Of a stretch of DNA of 59,106 nt, positions 46,101 to 54,330 are shown one piece after another. Source of the stretch: a virus (lineage: Duplodnaviria; Caudoviricetes); the IMG/VR virus record IMGVR_UViG_3300017761_001967, positions 1 to 59,106 of that record, one strand, 5' to 3'. Position 1 is the stretch's first letter; the number at the start of each line of letters is the position of its first letter. The notes below the pieces were generated by a model. The model made no database searches, was not told the origin of the DNA, and saw only the letters and a program-made list of their open reading frames with translations. Made by a program: the position numbers and the translations under genes.

Positions 46101-47410
46101 ATAAAAATATTAACGTTGCGGGTGGTTCTGCTGGGCTTGCAGTAATGTTAAATCCAACGACAAACGTAGGATATTATTTTGAGATAGCAGCCCTTGGGCT
46201 GGGTAATTTGTCAGAAACAGATAGACAAAGTGTTAGCAATGTTTTCTTTTATAAGGTAAAGTCTGATAATGGTAAAGCAATTCCAATAAGTCTTTGGGAT
46301 GGTCTGGCCAAAATCACTGTTGATGATGGAAGGTTTACTGGTCAGTCAAGAGTTTTTGCTGAGGAAAATCCAACGGTATATGATTTGGCAGTAGAGTATG
46401 AAGATATAGGAAGAGCAAGAAGATTCTACCTATACATCAATGGCAAACTAATAAAAACAGTAGATGACAATGATCCACTTCCAGTATATTCTAATATAGC
46501 ATTATTTGCTAGAGGATCTTCAAGAGCAATGTTTGAAAATGTTTATGCACTATGTAATAACTATTCTCAAAATACTTCATTCTCTTTGGGCGCACCCGTT
46601 AACTCTGTCTTTGGAGATTCCGAGATTGACGCAAACGAATCTTTTAGAAAGTATGCTATCAGTGGTTTAATACAAAATACATACCTTTCTGGAATAGGTT
46701 CATCAGAGCCTCCAAAGTATGACATATACTTTGAAGAGTTTGGAAGCATTATGAGAGAAGCAGCAATATTTAATTTTAAATACGACAAAGCATATCCAGC
46801 ATTAACTGCAAAAATTTCTCCAACATTCAATAAGATAAAGGGCTATGTTGTTTCTGGTTTTAGAGCAGGATCGTACGGTGCAGAGTTTATGATATTTAAT
46901 GCAACAGATACTGCCCTAAGCCTAGATGAAACAAGTGGTAACTATTTAAGAGTTCAAGGAATAACTTTTACACAGCAATCAGATAACAACTTAACAGTTG
47001 ATGAATATTTTGACAAAAATAGCCTTGAATCAAATCCACAGTTTGTTGCAGATAAACTAATTTCAAACCCTTTTAAATTTAAACAAGACTACCAAGATAT
47101 AAAACTAAGCAGAATGACTTATGGCAAAAAAGATTTTTCATTGACTGCTCCCTACATTCAATCACAAGATGAAGCCTCAAGCCTAATGAAGTGGATGGTT
47201 GAAAAAACATCAAAGCCAAGAAAGTCTATCGGAGTTAAAATATTTGCAATCCCTACAATTCAACTGGGAGACATAGTAAGTTTAGACTATCAAGAAAATG
47301 CAATAAACATGGCATCGGATCCATCTAGCAGATTTGTTGTGTATAACATTGAGTTTGCAAGAAACACTGATGGCCCAGACATGACAGTGTTTTTAAGTGA
47401 GGTTCTATAA
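43118..47410 (+). CDS. Large minor tail / tail-tip hub protein
   Basis: 1430 aa; SV...LQDLA......FFDEYN.F and P.IQLGDIV hub-like motifs; lectin-like insert near YLYING. Confidence 0.65.
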   Translation: MFEDKDLQTFLETSSTVRNKSIITAEWNMNIPTNIKHIGNYRYRPTDASSLYSSLPTSFDINDAGNFYTGATDADILVDGTFDNDNIPTTFLTKNEKLKTLYSLEACFEQFRPRSGINKAVFFENGKLHHPNLVMADRPRYYMPDKNDKFKYWTSYRTESGQEYGIASKVRGSQNSIEDACPFVVYKEKIPANRVVVKMQTHTGTENLGPFSSPTGAFSDPFFGELNQKVPTRWKIQFLKDLNWEDVISFNPAVRRADGSSIIKSDGYVEISYGLIVPDEWKANFVFAEVYTSISLLPEQSVFGYAYLIKENENDIGKFYIWNGTDYAIITPKYGWYVQDETVDRLTNFVVDATSPNVFTKSLDGKAQYREFEYISGIRIVVDSMNVKDSTFDLIEISPRLVLNVSDKTLDYSINKSASDLGLSGLPVGQLIASNGNINIFDYDQAFNENNQSSIIAKYINRHVQFKFYEVIVDVAGWDYWVPIKTLYSDSFPKQDLMGKTVSISLRDMYWYLESITAPQILMTEVSVSSAVSLLLDHVGFSNYTFKRVANEKEVIIPYFFVGPDKSVAQILQDLAVSTQTAMFFDEYNNFVMMSKDYIMPTKEQRPTTFELKGTNDLFEDREIKNKTLANAKLANIISVSSQPNNVYNDGVINYTTRHIQRSIGSLRQASLLDDERFYIYKPALLWEVSGTENTKSINNEVGTQSAYVLSAIPLNSNLTVDVPIVKNNIVINNTLSLGEAAYWITRYNGYFYSQGEIIKYDAVQYNVTGFGNVWITSTEDYQNYFSKLPFNGKIYPTGLVRIYSEPKYFEQSGVIRLQNGEVQKHGRGQFGTTVVEHSAGISDYWKSDDNVKGCYMSSEHIFEKTDLPILTTVASSGKLTDSGISSDALARTSSRSGIIKNFMSTAIVGEITTNTQQLAGSVQSSALSLTGPNFATKEKPRNFISYVHKPLEGKKYKHFGTRVRIIGKIEANEDRGQTSNGSSTYYVVNGSTPDKNINVAGGSAGLAVMLNPTTNVGYYFEIAALGLGNLSETDRQSVSNVFFYKVKSDNGKAIPISLWDGLAKITVDDGRFTGQSRVFAEENPTVYDLAVEYEDIGRARRFYLYINGKLIKTVDDNDPLPVYSNIALFARGSSRAMFENVYALCNNYSQNTSFSLGAPVNSVFGDSEIDANESFRKYAISGLIQNTYLSGIGSSEPPKYDIYFEEFGSIMREAAIFNFKYDKAYPALTAKISPTFNKIKGYVVSGFRAGSYGAEFMIFNATDTALSLDETSGNYLRVQGITFTQQSDNNLTVDEYFDKNSLESNPQFVADKLISNPFKFKQDYQDIKLSRMTYGKKDFSLTAPYIQSQDEASSLMKWMVEKTSKPRKSIGVKIFAIPTIQLGDIVSLDYQENAINMASDPSSRFVVYNIEFARNTDGPDMTVFLSEVL

Positions 47411-47964
47411 TGACAACAAATGCAACTGCAAATCTTCCATATCCAGAAAGTGCATCTGAGGATAAATCAGTAAAGATTGCAACACCAGATCTTATTCTTT
47501 TAAATGATGAGGTTATGTCTATTGAGATAATGACAGACCTTATATTTGAAGATATTGGTGGGTACGAACTTGCCACTATATCTAGGCATGATCTGGTAAA
47601 TGGACAAAAAGTTATATATACTCCAATTAAAAATTTAACAGACCTTTATTTACAGTATAACCCAAACAATGTTTTAAGGCTGCAGGCATCTGATTCCTAT
47701 CTTAAATCTTTATCTTTATCCATATTCGATCACCTTCCAGTCTGTGGGACTGGGTACGATATATCTCCACCAGTCGGCAATCTAAATGAACAAGACAAGA
47801 CCAAGTGGACAAAAACACCTAACTGCAAATCAGTCTATATAGACCCAATAAGCGGAGACTTAGTTATTAATTTAGTTAATGTTAAAGAGGGCGAGCAAGC
47901 AGAAATTAATATATTAAGCAGTGGAAGCATTTTTGATGATACAATACATAGTGGGAGTAATTAA
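47410..47964 (+). CDS. Hypothetical tail-module protein
   Basis: TAATG coupling on both sides. Confidence 0.65.
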   Translation: MTTNATANLPYPESASEDKSVKIATPDLILLNDEVMSIEIMTDLIFEDIGGYELATISRHDLVNGQKVIYTPIKNLTDLYLQYNPNNVLRLQASDSYLKSLSLSIFDHLPVCGTGYDISPPVGNLNEQDKTKWTKTPNCKSVYIDPISGDLVINLVNVKEGEQAEINILSSGSIFDDTIHSGSN

Positions 47965-49118
47965 TGATAACTAATATAGGTAAAAATCTTTTAGCCAAGT
48001 ATCTTGTGGGTCAAACACAATCGTATGCCTCTCACATTGCCGTGGGCTGTGGACCCAGTCCAGTGGCTTCTGACGGGGGTGTTTTTGGAGACTACGCACT
48101 AAAGAAGTCTTTAGATTTTGAGATGTTCCGTGTTCCTATTATTTCTAGAGGATTTGTAAATGAGAACGGTATTGATAAGGTAGTCCTAACAGCAGAATTA
48201 CCAACAGAAGAAAGATATGAGATTACTGAGGTTGGTGTTTTTTCAGCAGCATCAAATCCAGTTGCTGGATCCTTTGATAGCAGGACGATATATTCTTTTG
48301 CAGATACTGATAATTGGCTATACCAGCCTTTGGGTTCTGCTGCAATTGACATAGAGTCCAAGTATGAGCCATTAGATGGTGTTGCTGAAAATGGAATTAT
48401 AAATCAATCTCTTAATGTTTTTAAGACAAATGCAGACAACAGAATATTTACTAACCAACAAAGAGTTGCAAGAAATGAAAGATGTAGGTTTTTAAATAAC
48501 ATTATTGCTATAGTTGGAAACGATTCTACCCTTACACGGAACCAGTTGGGTAAAATTGATGTTGGTACTGGATCTAAATATATTAGGCTTAATCAAACCA
48601 CTGTAGACCTTACAAAAAATAGTCCATTAGATGAACTAAGGCTGGCGTTTTCCGTTGTAAGCAAAAGCCCTAGCCCAAGTACAGTTCCAGACAATGTTAA
48701 AATTTTGTTAGAATTTTCTTATACTGGATTAAACTCTGCACAGGAGTATGCAAGGTTTGAGGTAGATATTGATGATGTAGGATACTCTGCTGGAACAGCA
48801 GTACAAGAAGTAAATTTTGCTTTAAACAGATACGTTGTTGCTACAAAATCACTTAAAGACTTAAACAAAACAGACAATTTTGACTGGAGAGAAGTAACTG
48901 TCGCAAAAATTTATGCTTGTGTTACTGAGGCTGGATTACCTTCTAATTTGTTTTATGTTTGTTTAGATGGACTAAGACTAGAAAACATTACATCTACAAA
49001 CTCTTTATACGGACTTACTGGATATTCTGTAATTAAAAGCGTTGGAGCAAAACCAATTATAAAATCAGCAAACACAACAAACTATATTGAGTTTAGATTT
49101 GCCCTGGATGTTGGATAA
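47964..49118 (+). CDS. Putative tail-collar/baseplate protein (DUF3751-like N-terminus)
   Basis: IT..GK.LLA...IAVG.G...L..E..R.PI...AELP....ITEVGVF. Confidence 0.55.
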   Translation: MITNIGKNLLAKYLVGQTQSYASHIAVGCGPSPVASDGGVFGDYALKKSLDFEMFRVPIISRGFVNENGIDKVVLTAELPTEERYEITEVGVFSAASNPVAGSFDSRTIYSFADTDNWLYQPLGSAAIDIESKYEPLDGVAENGIINQSLNVFKTNADNRIFTNQQRVARNERCRFLNNIIAIVGNDSTLTRNQLGKIDVGTGSKYIRLNQTTVDLTKNSPLDELRLAFSVVSKSPSPSTVPDNVKILLEFSYTGLNSAQEYARFEVDIDDVGYSAGTAVQEVNFALNRYVVATKSLKDLNKTDNFDWREVTVAKIYACVTEAGLPSNLFYVCLDGLRLENITSTNSLYGLTGYSVIKSVGAKPIIKSANTTNYIEFRFALDVG

Positions 49119-49546
49119 TGGCAGATAAAGGAATAAAAAATGTTATTATTAAAAAAGACTTACTTGGCAAAGTAACATCTTCTAACTCAAGAGTTTTAAG
49201 ATTTAGAATAGTAGCCGAAGACAAAAATAGAAAATCGGCCTATTCAAAAATTTTTGTACTTGGTTCCGAGGCCGTCGTCGTTGGTCCAGGAGACCTTAAC
49301 CGAATTGGTAATACAGTTTTTCTAAATTGGGCAGTAGGGGAAGTTTCAATACAAATAACTTATGACATATTTGTTGGTTTTGATGGAGCAACTCCGTCTT
49401 ATCTAGGAACTACTGGATCACAAAATTATTCATTTTTAAAAACAGGAACACAGTCAGTAAGGGCGATAGTTCAAATATCATCTATTAACCCAGCACCTAC
49501 ACAAAACTTAGAAGTTTATGACTCTGGAATCGTAAGTCTGGTATAA
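49118..49546 (+). CDS. Hypothetical beta-rich tail protein
   Basis: TAATG coupling; Ig/Fn3-like composition. Confidence 0.6.
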   Translation: MADKGIKNVIIKKDLLGKVTSSNSRVLRFRIVAEDKNRKSAYSKIFVLGSEAVVVGPGDLNRIGNTVFLNWAVGEVSIQITYDIFVGFDGATPSYLGTTGSQNYSFLKTGTQSVRAIVQISSINPAPTQNLEVYDSGIVSLV

Positions 49547-49553
49547 TTATAGT

Positions 49554-49997
49554 ATGGCAATATTACCCGTACCAGAACGAGGCCAACCACTAGACGTAAC
49601 ATACATCTATCAGATTGTTAAGGCTATCAATGATCTTTCTGTTCAGGTGTCTCCATCAGCGTATAAGTACGTAACAATAGACACACCAAATGCTGGAAAG
49701 CAAAGTGTCAAAGCCTCCGAGGCAAGAATTATTGGAGGTTACGTTCAGGTGACAACAAGCACAACGCAAACTGCTGGATCTTCTCAGCCATTTTCTTATG
49801 ATTTTTCAAGCGAGTTTAAATTTGCACCAGTAGTAACAGCAACACCAGTAAACGTTGGAAACACAGATGCAGGTAAAGATGTTACGGTTACACTAAAAAG
49901 CATTTCAACTTCAAAGGTTGAGGGTACGGTTAAGTTTAATGCTGGAGGCGACACAAGTATTGGTATTAACCTAGTAATTATTGGAATACCAAATTAA
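49554..49997 (+). CDS. Putative short tail fibre/tip protein
   Basis: F...FKFAPVVTAT...IN...IG C-terminal fibre-tip pattern. TGGTATAAT 6 nt before ATG. Confidence 0.55.
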   Translation: MAILPVPERGQPLDVTYIYQIVKAINDLSVQVSPSAYKYVTIDTPNAGKQSVKASEARIIGGYVQVTTSTTQTAGSSQPFSYDFSSEFKFAPVVTATPVNVGNTDAGKDVTVTLKSISTSKVEGTVKFNAGGDTSIGINLVIIGIPN

Positions 49998-50188
49998 TGA
50001 TTAAATGTAAAAAATGTAATGGAAGAATGTTTATAGATCGACAATATACAGAAATAAACAATTTAGAACTATATTGTATTCTTTGTGGAATGAGAACGTT
50101 TTTTCATCCACCAAACAATTCTCAGGGGGGCCGATGGCTACTAAAAAAGGAACAATTGAGAGCGAAAAATACAATGAGTCACCTGTAA
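49997..50188 (+). CDS. Small zinc-ribbon protein
   Basis: CKKC.GRM...LYCILCG; TAATG coupling. Confidence 0.75.
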   Translation: MIKCKKCNGRMFIDRQYTEINNLELYCILCGMRTFFHPPNNSQGGRWLLKKEQLRAKNTMSHL

Positions 50189-50676
50189 TACCAGGTAACA
50201 AAAAGGTTTGGTTTCTTAACGGCAGCCTAGTTAGAATACATCACTACAACCACTCCAATGGAATAATGTCTGTTTATAATATAAACAAAGATCAAATTGA
50301 AAGTTGTTTAATTAGTGATTTTAAAAATAAAAGAGAACGAGCATATACGGTAGGCCAAACTGCTGACTTAGTTAACCGTCATAAAAAATATATGCCATCA
50401 CTAATGAAACGAGGAGTCATTCCATTCCCAACGGGATCTCAAAAAGGTGGGGCAAGAGGATTTCAGGTAAGATCATATTACTCAGAATCACAGGTAAGAG
50501 AGATACGTGATATACTTGCTTCACACCATATTGGCAGACCAAGAAAAGATAAGTTAGTTACTAATGATATTACTCCCAGCAAGCAAGAGTTGACACGCAG
50601 AATGGGCGATGGTATACTTACATATAGAAGAACTGAAGACGGACGATTTGTTCCAATCTGGAATGAGTCTATTTAA
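50134..50676 (+). CDS. MerR-like helix-turn-helix DNA-binding protein
   Basis: YTVGQTADLVNR....L..RGVIP.P...RSYYSESQV..I. Start reassigned to ATG 50134. Confidence 0.65.
   Translation: MATKKGTIESEKYNESPVIPGNKKVWFLNGSLVRIHHYNHSNGIMSVYNINKDQIESCLISDFKNKRERAYTVGQTADLVNRHKKYMPSLMKRGVIPFPTGSQKGGARGFQVRSYYSESQVREIRDILASHHIGRPRKDKLVTNDITPSKQELTRRMGDGILTYRRTEDGRFVPIWNESI
50590..50618 (+). promoter_or_regulatory. Near-consensus sigma70 promoter inside the HTH gene, driving the replication genes
   Basis: TTGACA-17 nt-TATACT with TG extension. Confidence 0.75.
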
Positions 50677-50689
50677 CGAAGGGTATAAA

Positions 50690-50899
50690 ATGGAAAACGA
50701 AGACACAAAGGTATCCGTTACACTTGGATACACACTTAACCTTGGCAACTTTCAATCATTAAGACTTGATCTTGGTGTTGTTGATTCAAGACGTAATGGA
50801 GAATCTCCAGACCAGGCTTTTGAGCGTGTGTATAAGTTTGTTGAAGATAAACTTACAGCAAAAATTAAAGAAGCACAAGAAGAGGCTGCTGAAGGATAA
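50690..50899 (+). CDS. Conserved small phage protein
   Basis: V.VTLGYTLNLGNFQSLRLD motif; ATG 50690 behind GAAGGG. Confidence 0.7.
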   Translation: MENEDTKVSVTLGYTLNLGNFQSLRLDLGVVDSRRNGESPDQAFERVYKFVEDKLTAKIKEAQEEAAEG

Positions 50900-51207
50900 T
50901 GGCAGAACGCAAAGACCGTATGGCTTTGCTTTCAAGATACAGCAAGCATCATACCGCAAGGTACGAATCAAAGCCATCCCTTAACCTAAATGTAGAACAA
51001 TGGGCATCTGATGCTCTTGTAGAATCATATACATTACCAGGGTGCTACGATATACTTGAGTATTACTTTTCAGTTGCAGAGAATCCTTCTTGGAATTATT
51101 TTGCATATAACGCAGAAAAAATATTACAGGCACAAAGAGATAAAATAAAAGATAATACTGAAAGAGCAGAACGCAGACGAATGGCAAAGGAGTGGTTAAG
51201 TGAATAA
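50899..51207 (+). CDS. Hypothetical protein (possible helicase-associated)
   Basis: TAATG coupling; overlaps dnaB start. Confidence 0.7.
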   Translation: MAERKDRMALLSRYSKHHTARYESKPSLNLNVEQWASDALVESYTLPGCYDILEYYFSVAENPSWNYFAYNAEKILQAQRDKIKDNTERAERRRMAKEWLSE

Positions 51208-52420
51208 TACAGAGGCAAAACTACTTACGGCTGTTTTAAAAGATAAACAGATCCATGTTCTTCTTCAGGCAAATGTTGATAACCTTCTAAGAACTCATGG
51301 AGATATTTGGAACTTTGTCAGACTGTATTTTGAGAACAACTCAGTTCTTCCACCAGTAGAATTAGTTACAGAAAAGTTTAGAGACTTTGAGCCAGTAGCA
51401 GGTATCGGTGCAACAAAGCATCACCTTGAAGAGTTACAGGGTGAGTATCTTACAGACAGCCTAAAAGATATAATTAGGTCTGCAGCATCCGAGATCCAAA
51501 ATAATAATGGAACTGGTGCCCTCAATGAATTAATTACAAAGACTTCAGAACTAAAAAAGAACACTGCTGCAATTAGAGATATCGATGTTACGGATCTTGA
51601 ATCTGCCGTTGCTTACTTTGAAAATTTAAAGAAGCAGCAACTTCTTGGCCATGTTGGTATCAAGACTGGACTTCCAGGATTTGACAACTACCTTCCTTCA
51701 GGAATCATGCCAGGGCAGTTAGGAGTCTTCCTTGCATACCCAGGTATCGGAAAGTCCTGGTTGGCTCTCTACTTCGCTGTACAGGCCTGGAAACAGGGTC
51801 GTAGCCCATTAGTGATCAGTCTTGAAATGAGTGAAACGGAAGTCCGTAACCGTGTATTTACAATCATGGGTGAAGGGCGTTGGTCGCATAGGAAATTAAG
51901 TAATGGTGAAGTTGAAATGGACATGCTAAAAGAATGGCATGAAAAAAATCTTCAAGGTAAACCAGAATTCCATATCATCTCAAATGATCAGGGTGGAGAA
52001 ATTAACCCTTCAGTGCTTCGTGGAAAGATCGATCAGTACAAGCCAGACTTTGTAATCGTTGACTACCTTCAATTGATGGCACCTAATCAGAAGTCAGATA
52101 ATGAAACAGTACGAATGAAGAACCTTTCAAGAGAACTTAAACTAATGGCTATTGGTGAAGAGGTTCCAATCATTGCTATTTCATCTGCTACACCAGACGA
52201 TGTAAATGACTTGTCAACAGTTCCTACATTAGGACAAACAGCATGGTCTAGACAGATTGCCTATGATGCTGACTGGGTATTAGCCCTTGGTCGTGGTACC
52301 AATAGCGATATTATTGAGTGTGCTTTTAGAAAGAATCGTAACGGATTCATGGGAGACTTCCTAGTTCAGTGTGATTTTGACAAGGGATACTATAGATACA
52401 AAGACTTTGAAGATAAGTAG
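51200..52420 (+). CDS. dnaB: DnaB-like replicative helicase
   Basis: AYPGIGKS (Walker A), SLEMS, VIVDYLQLM, SRELK..A, I..DAD, KNRNG. GTG start. Confidence 0.93.
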   Translation: MNNTEAKLLTAVLKDKQIHVLLQANVDNLLRTHGDIWNFVRLYFENNSVLPPVELVTEKFRDFEPVAGIGATKHHLEELQGEYLTDSLKDIIRSAASEIQNNNGTGALNELITKTSELKKNTAAIRDIDVTDLESAVAYFENLKKQQLLGHVGIKTGLPGFDNYLPSGIMPGQLGVFLAYPGIGKSWLALYFAVQAWKQGRSPLVISLEMSETEVRNRVFTIMGEGRWSHRKLSNGEVEMDMLKEWHEKNLQGKPEFHIISNDQGGEINPSVLRGKIDQYKPDFVIVDYLQLMAPNQKSDNETVRMKNLSRELKLMAIGEEVPIIAISSATPDDVNDLSTVPTLGQTAWSRQIAYDADWVLALGRGTNSDIIECAFRKNRNGFMGDFLVQCDFDKGYYRYKDFEDK

Positions 52421-52432
52421 TTATAATATGGT

Positions 52433-52792
52433 ATGTCTAAAGTTGAAAAGAACCTGCCACCAACATTCTACCATCACAAGCCTATTAAAAGGTTTTACCT
52501 TGATGGGATAATTTATGACGACTCAATGATCGGCAGACTTAGAGAAGAGTATGTACGGTTATTGACTACAGAAATGAAGTTAAGTGGTTATGTTCCAAGA
52601 ATTGATCTTGACCCAGACTTCACTATAAGGTATAATGATATCAAGAACTTTTTTGAATTTGAATTATCAATACAGGCAGTCTACGCAGGGAAAAGGAAGA
52701 GCACATGGATAGCAGGAATAGACGTAACCAATCCAATCTTTATTCCGCAGAACAAGTCAAGCGAGTCCTTACAGGATCGGGTGTTACCGTAG
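52433..52792 (+). CDS. Hypothetical protein
   Basis: TATAAT 5 nt before ATG; GYVPRID.DP.F motif; overlaps primase by 88 nt. Confidence 0.7.
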   Translation: MSKVEKNLPPTFYHHKPIKRFYLDGIIYDDSMIGRLREEYVRLLTTEMKLSGYVPRIDLDPDFTIRYNDIKNFFEFELSIQAVYAGKRKSTWIAGIDVTNPIFIPQNKSSESLQDRVLP

Positions 52793-53649
52793 AGTCTGAA
52801 CTTGATGCAGACTTTATGATCTTTTGTCCATTTCACAATAACCACAGAACACCAGCAGGAGAAGTACAAAAAGGTAGCGGGATGTTCTTTTGTTTTTCTT
52901 GTCAAAAGTCTGCAGATCTTATAGAACTTGTTATGCATACTTCTGGTAGAACTTATTTTGAGTCTGCTAGATTTATTAAGAGCAAAGAAAAGTTAACTAA
53001 TATTACTACAGAGATCGACAAGGTTCTTGTAAAAGAAGAGCAGTACAAAAAATTTGATGAGTTAATTATTAAAAGATTGCACAACAACCTTGTTGCCTCA
53101 GAAAGAGCAAGAAACTATTTCACATATAGAAAAATTGAAAAGCCTTCTTGCATAAAGTTTTCATTAGGATATTCAGAAAAGCAAGACATGGTAACTGTTC
53201 CAGTACATAGTCCAGACGGAATCCCCTTGGGGTTTGTCGGCAGATCTATTGAAGGAAAAGATTTTAAGAATACTCCAGGGCTTCCAAAAAGTAAAACACT
53301 TTTTAACTTGCACAGAGTTAAGAAATCTGATAGAGTATATGTAGTGGAGTCATCCTTTGATGCAATTAGGCTTGATCAGGTTGGACTTCCAGCAGTAGCA
53401 ACACTTGGTGCAAACGTATCAAGCACACAAATAGAATTGCTTCAGAAGTATTTCAATAACATTATTGTTATTGCTGATAACGATGAAGCGGGAGGAAACA
53501 TGAAAGATAGGATAGTTGAAAAACTTTCTACTCGTGTTTCTGTTATTAAACTAAACAATCAGTATAAAGATATTGGAGACATGCCAGACGAAGAACTTAA
53601 GAATTTAGAGTTTCAGTTTGACAAATCCATATCTCTTATGCTAAACTAA
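52705..53649 (+). CDS. dnaG: DNA primase (CHC2 zinc finger + TOPRIM)
   Basis: CPFH...TP...FFCFSC, GFVGR, VVES.FDA, ATLG, ADNDEAG, KD.GD. Confidence 0.9.
   Translation: MDSRNRRNQSNLYSAEQVKRVLTGSGVTVESELDADFMIFCPFHNNHRTPAGEVQKGSGMFFCFSCQKSADLIELVMHTSGRTYFESARFIKSKEKLTNITTEIDKVLVKEEQYKKFDELIIKRLHNNLVASERARNYFTYRKIEKPSCIKFSLGYSEKQDMVTVPVHSPDGIPLGFVGRSIEGKDFKNTPGLPKSKTLFNLHRVKKSDRVYVVESSFDAIRLDQVGLPAVATLGANVSSTQIELLQKYFNNIIVIADNDEAGGNMKDRIVEKLSTRVSVIKLNNQYKDIGDMPDEELKNLEFQFDKSISLMLN
53618..53647 (+). promoter_or_regulatory. Sigma70-type promoter in the primase 3' end, upstream of SSB/DnaE
   Basis: TTGACA-18 nt-TAAACT with TG extension. Confidence 0.6.
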
Positions 53650-53672
53650 GATAACAAACAAAGGAGAAATAT

Positions 53673-54329
53673 ATGAGCGTAGTAAAGGGACTCAAGAACA
53701 TTAATGCCCTGCTCGACAAGCCAAAGTATGAAAACGACGGGCCAAAGTTAAAGTGGCTAAAACTCGCTGATGGACAATCAGTTAAGATTCGATTTATCGA
53801 AGAACTTGATGAAGACTCAGCAAACTATAATGAAAGTCGTGGACTAGCACTTGTTGTTAAGGAACACGTAAATCCAAAGGACTACAAGCGCAAGGCTGTA
53901 GACACAATGGAATCAGAAGGCCGTGACTGGGCAGAAGAAATGCACCGCAAGGATCCAAAAGCAGGTTGGCGTGGTCGTCTTCGCTTCTATTGCAACGTAT
54001 TAGTTGACGATGGAATTGAAGCACCATATGTTGCAATCTGGTCAATGGGTATCAGCAAGCAGTCATCATTTAATACAATTCGTGAGTATGCACTAGAAAC
54101 AGGAAGCATCTCAAACGTACTGTGGAAGTTAAAGCGTAATGGTCAGGGAACTGAAACAAATTACACACTAATTCCTGCAGCACCAGACAAGGAACCATTT
54201 GCATGGGGAACAGTTGAACCTTATCCTCTTGAGTCAGCACTTAAGAAGATTCCTTATGCCGAGCAAGAAGCATACTATTTGGGCTTTGATGGTCCATCTG
54301 TAACTTCATCTACCAACGCAGATTGGTAA
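53673..54329 (+). CDS. Putative single-stranded DNA-binding protein (gp32-like)
   Basis: WLKL.DGQS..IRF, R.FY.NV, KLKR.G.G.ET.Y, terminal DW; AAGGAG RBS; replisome context. Confidence 0.65.
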   Translation: MSVVKGLKNINALLDKPKYENDGPKLKWLKLADGQSVKIRFIEELDEDSANYNESRGLALVVKEHVNPKDYKRKAVDTMESEGRDWAEEMHRKDPKAGWRGRLRFYCNVLVDDGIEAPYVAIWSMGISKQSSFNTIREYALETGSISNVLWKLKRNGQGTETNYTLIPAAPDKEPFAWGTVEPYPLESALKKIPYAEQEAYYLGFDGPSVTSSTNADW

Positions 54330-54330
54330 T

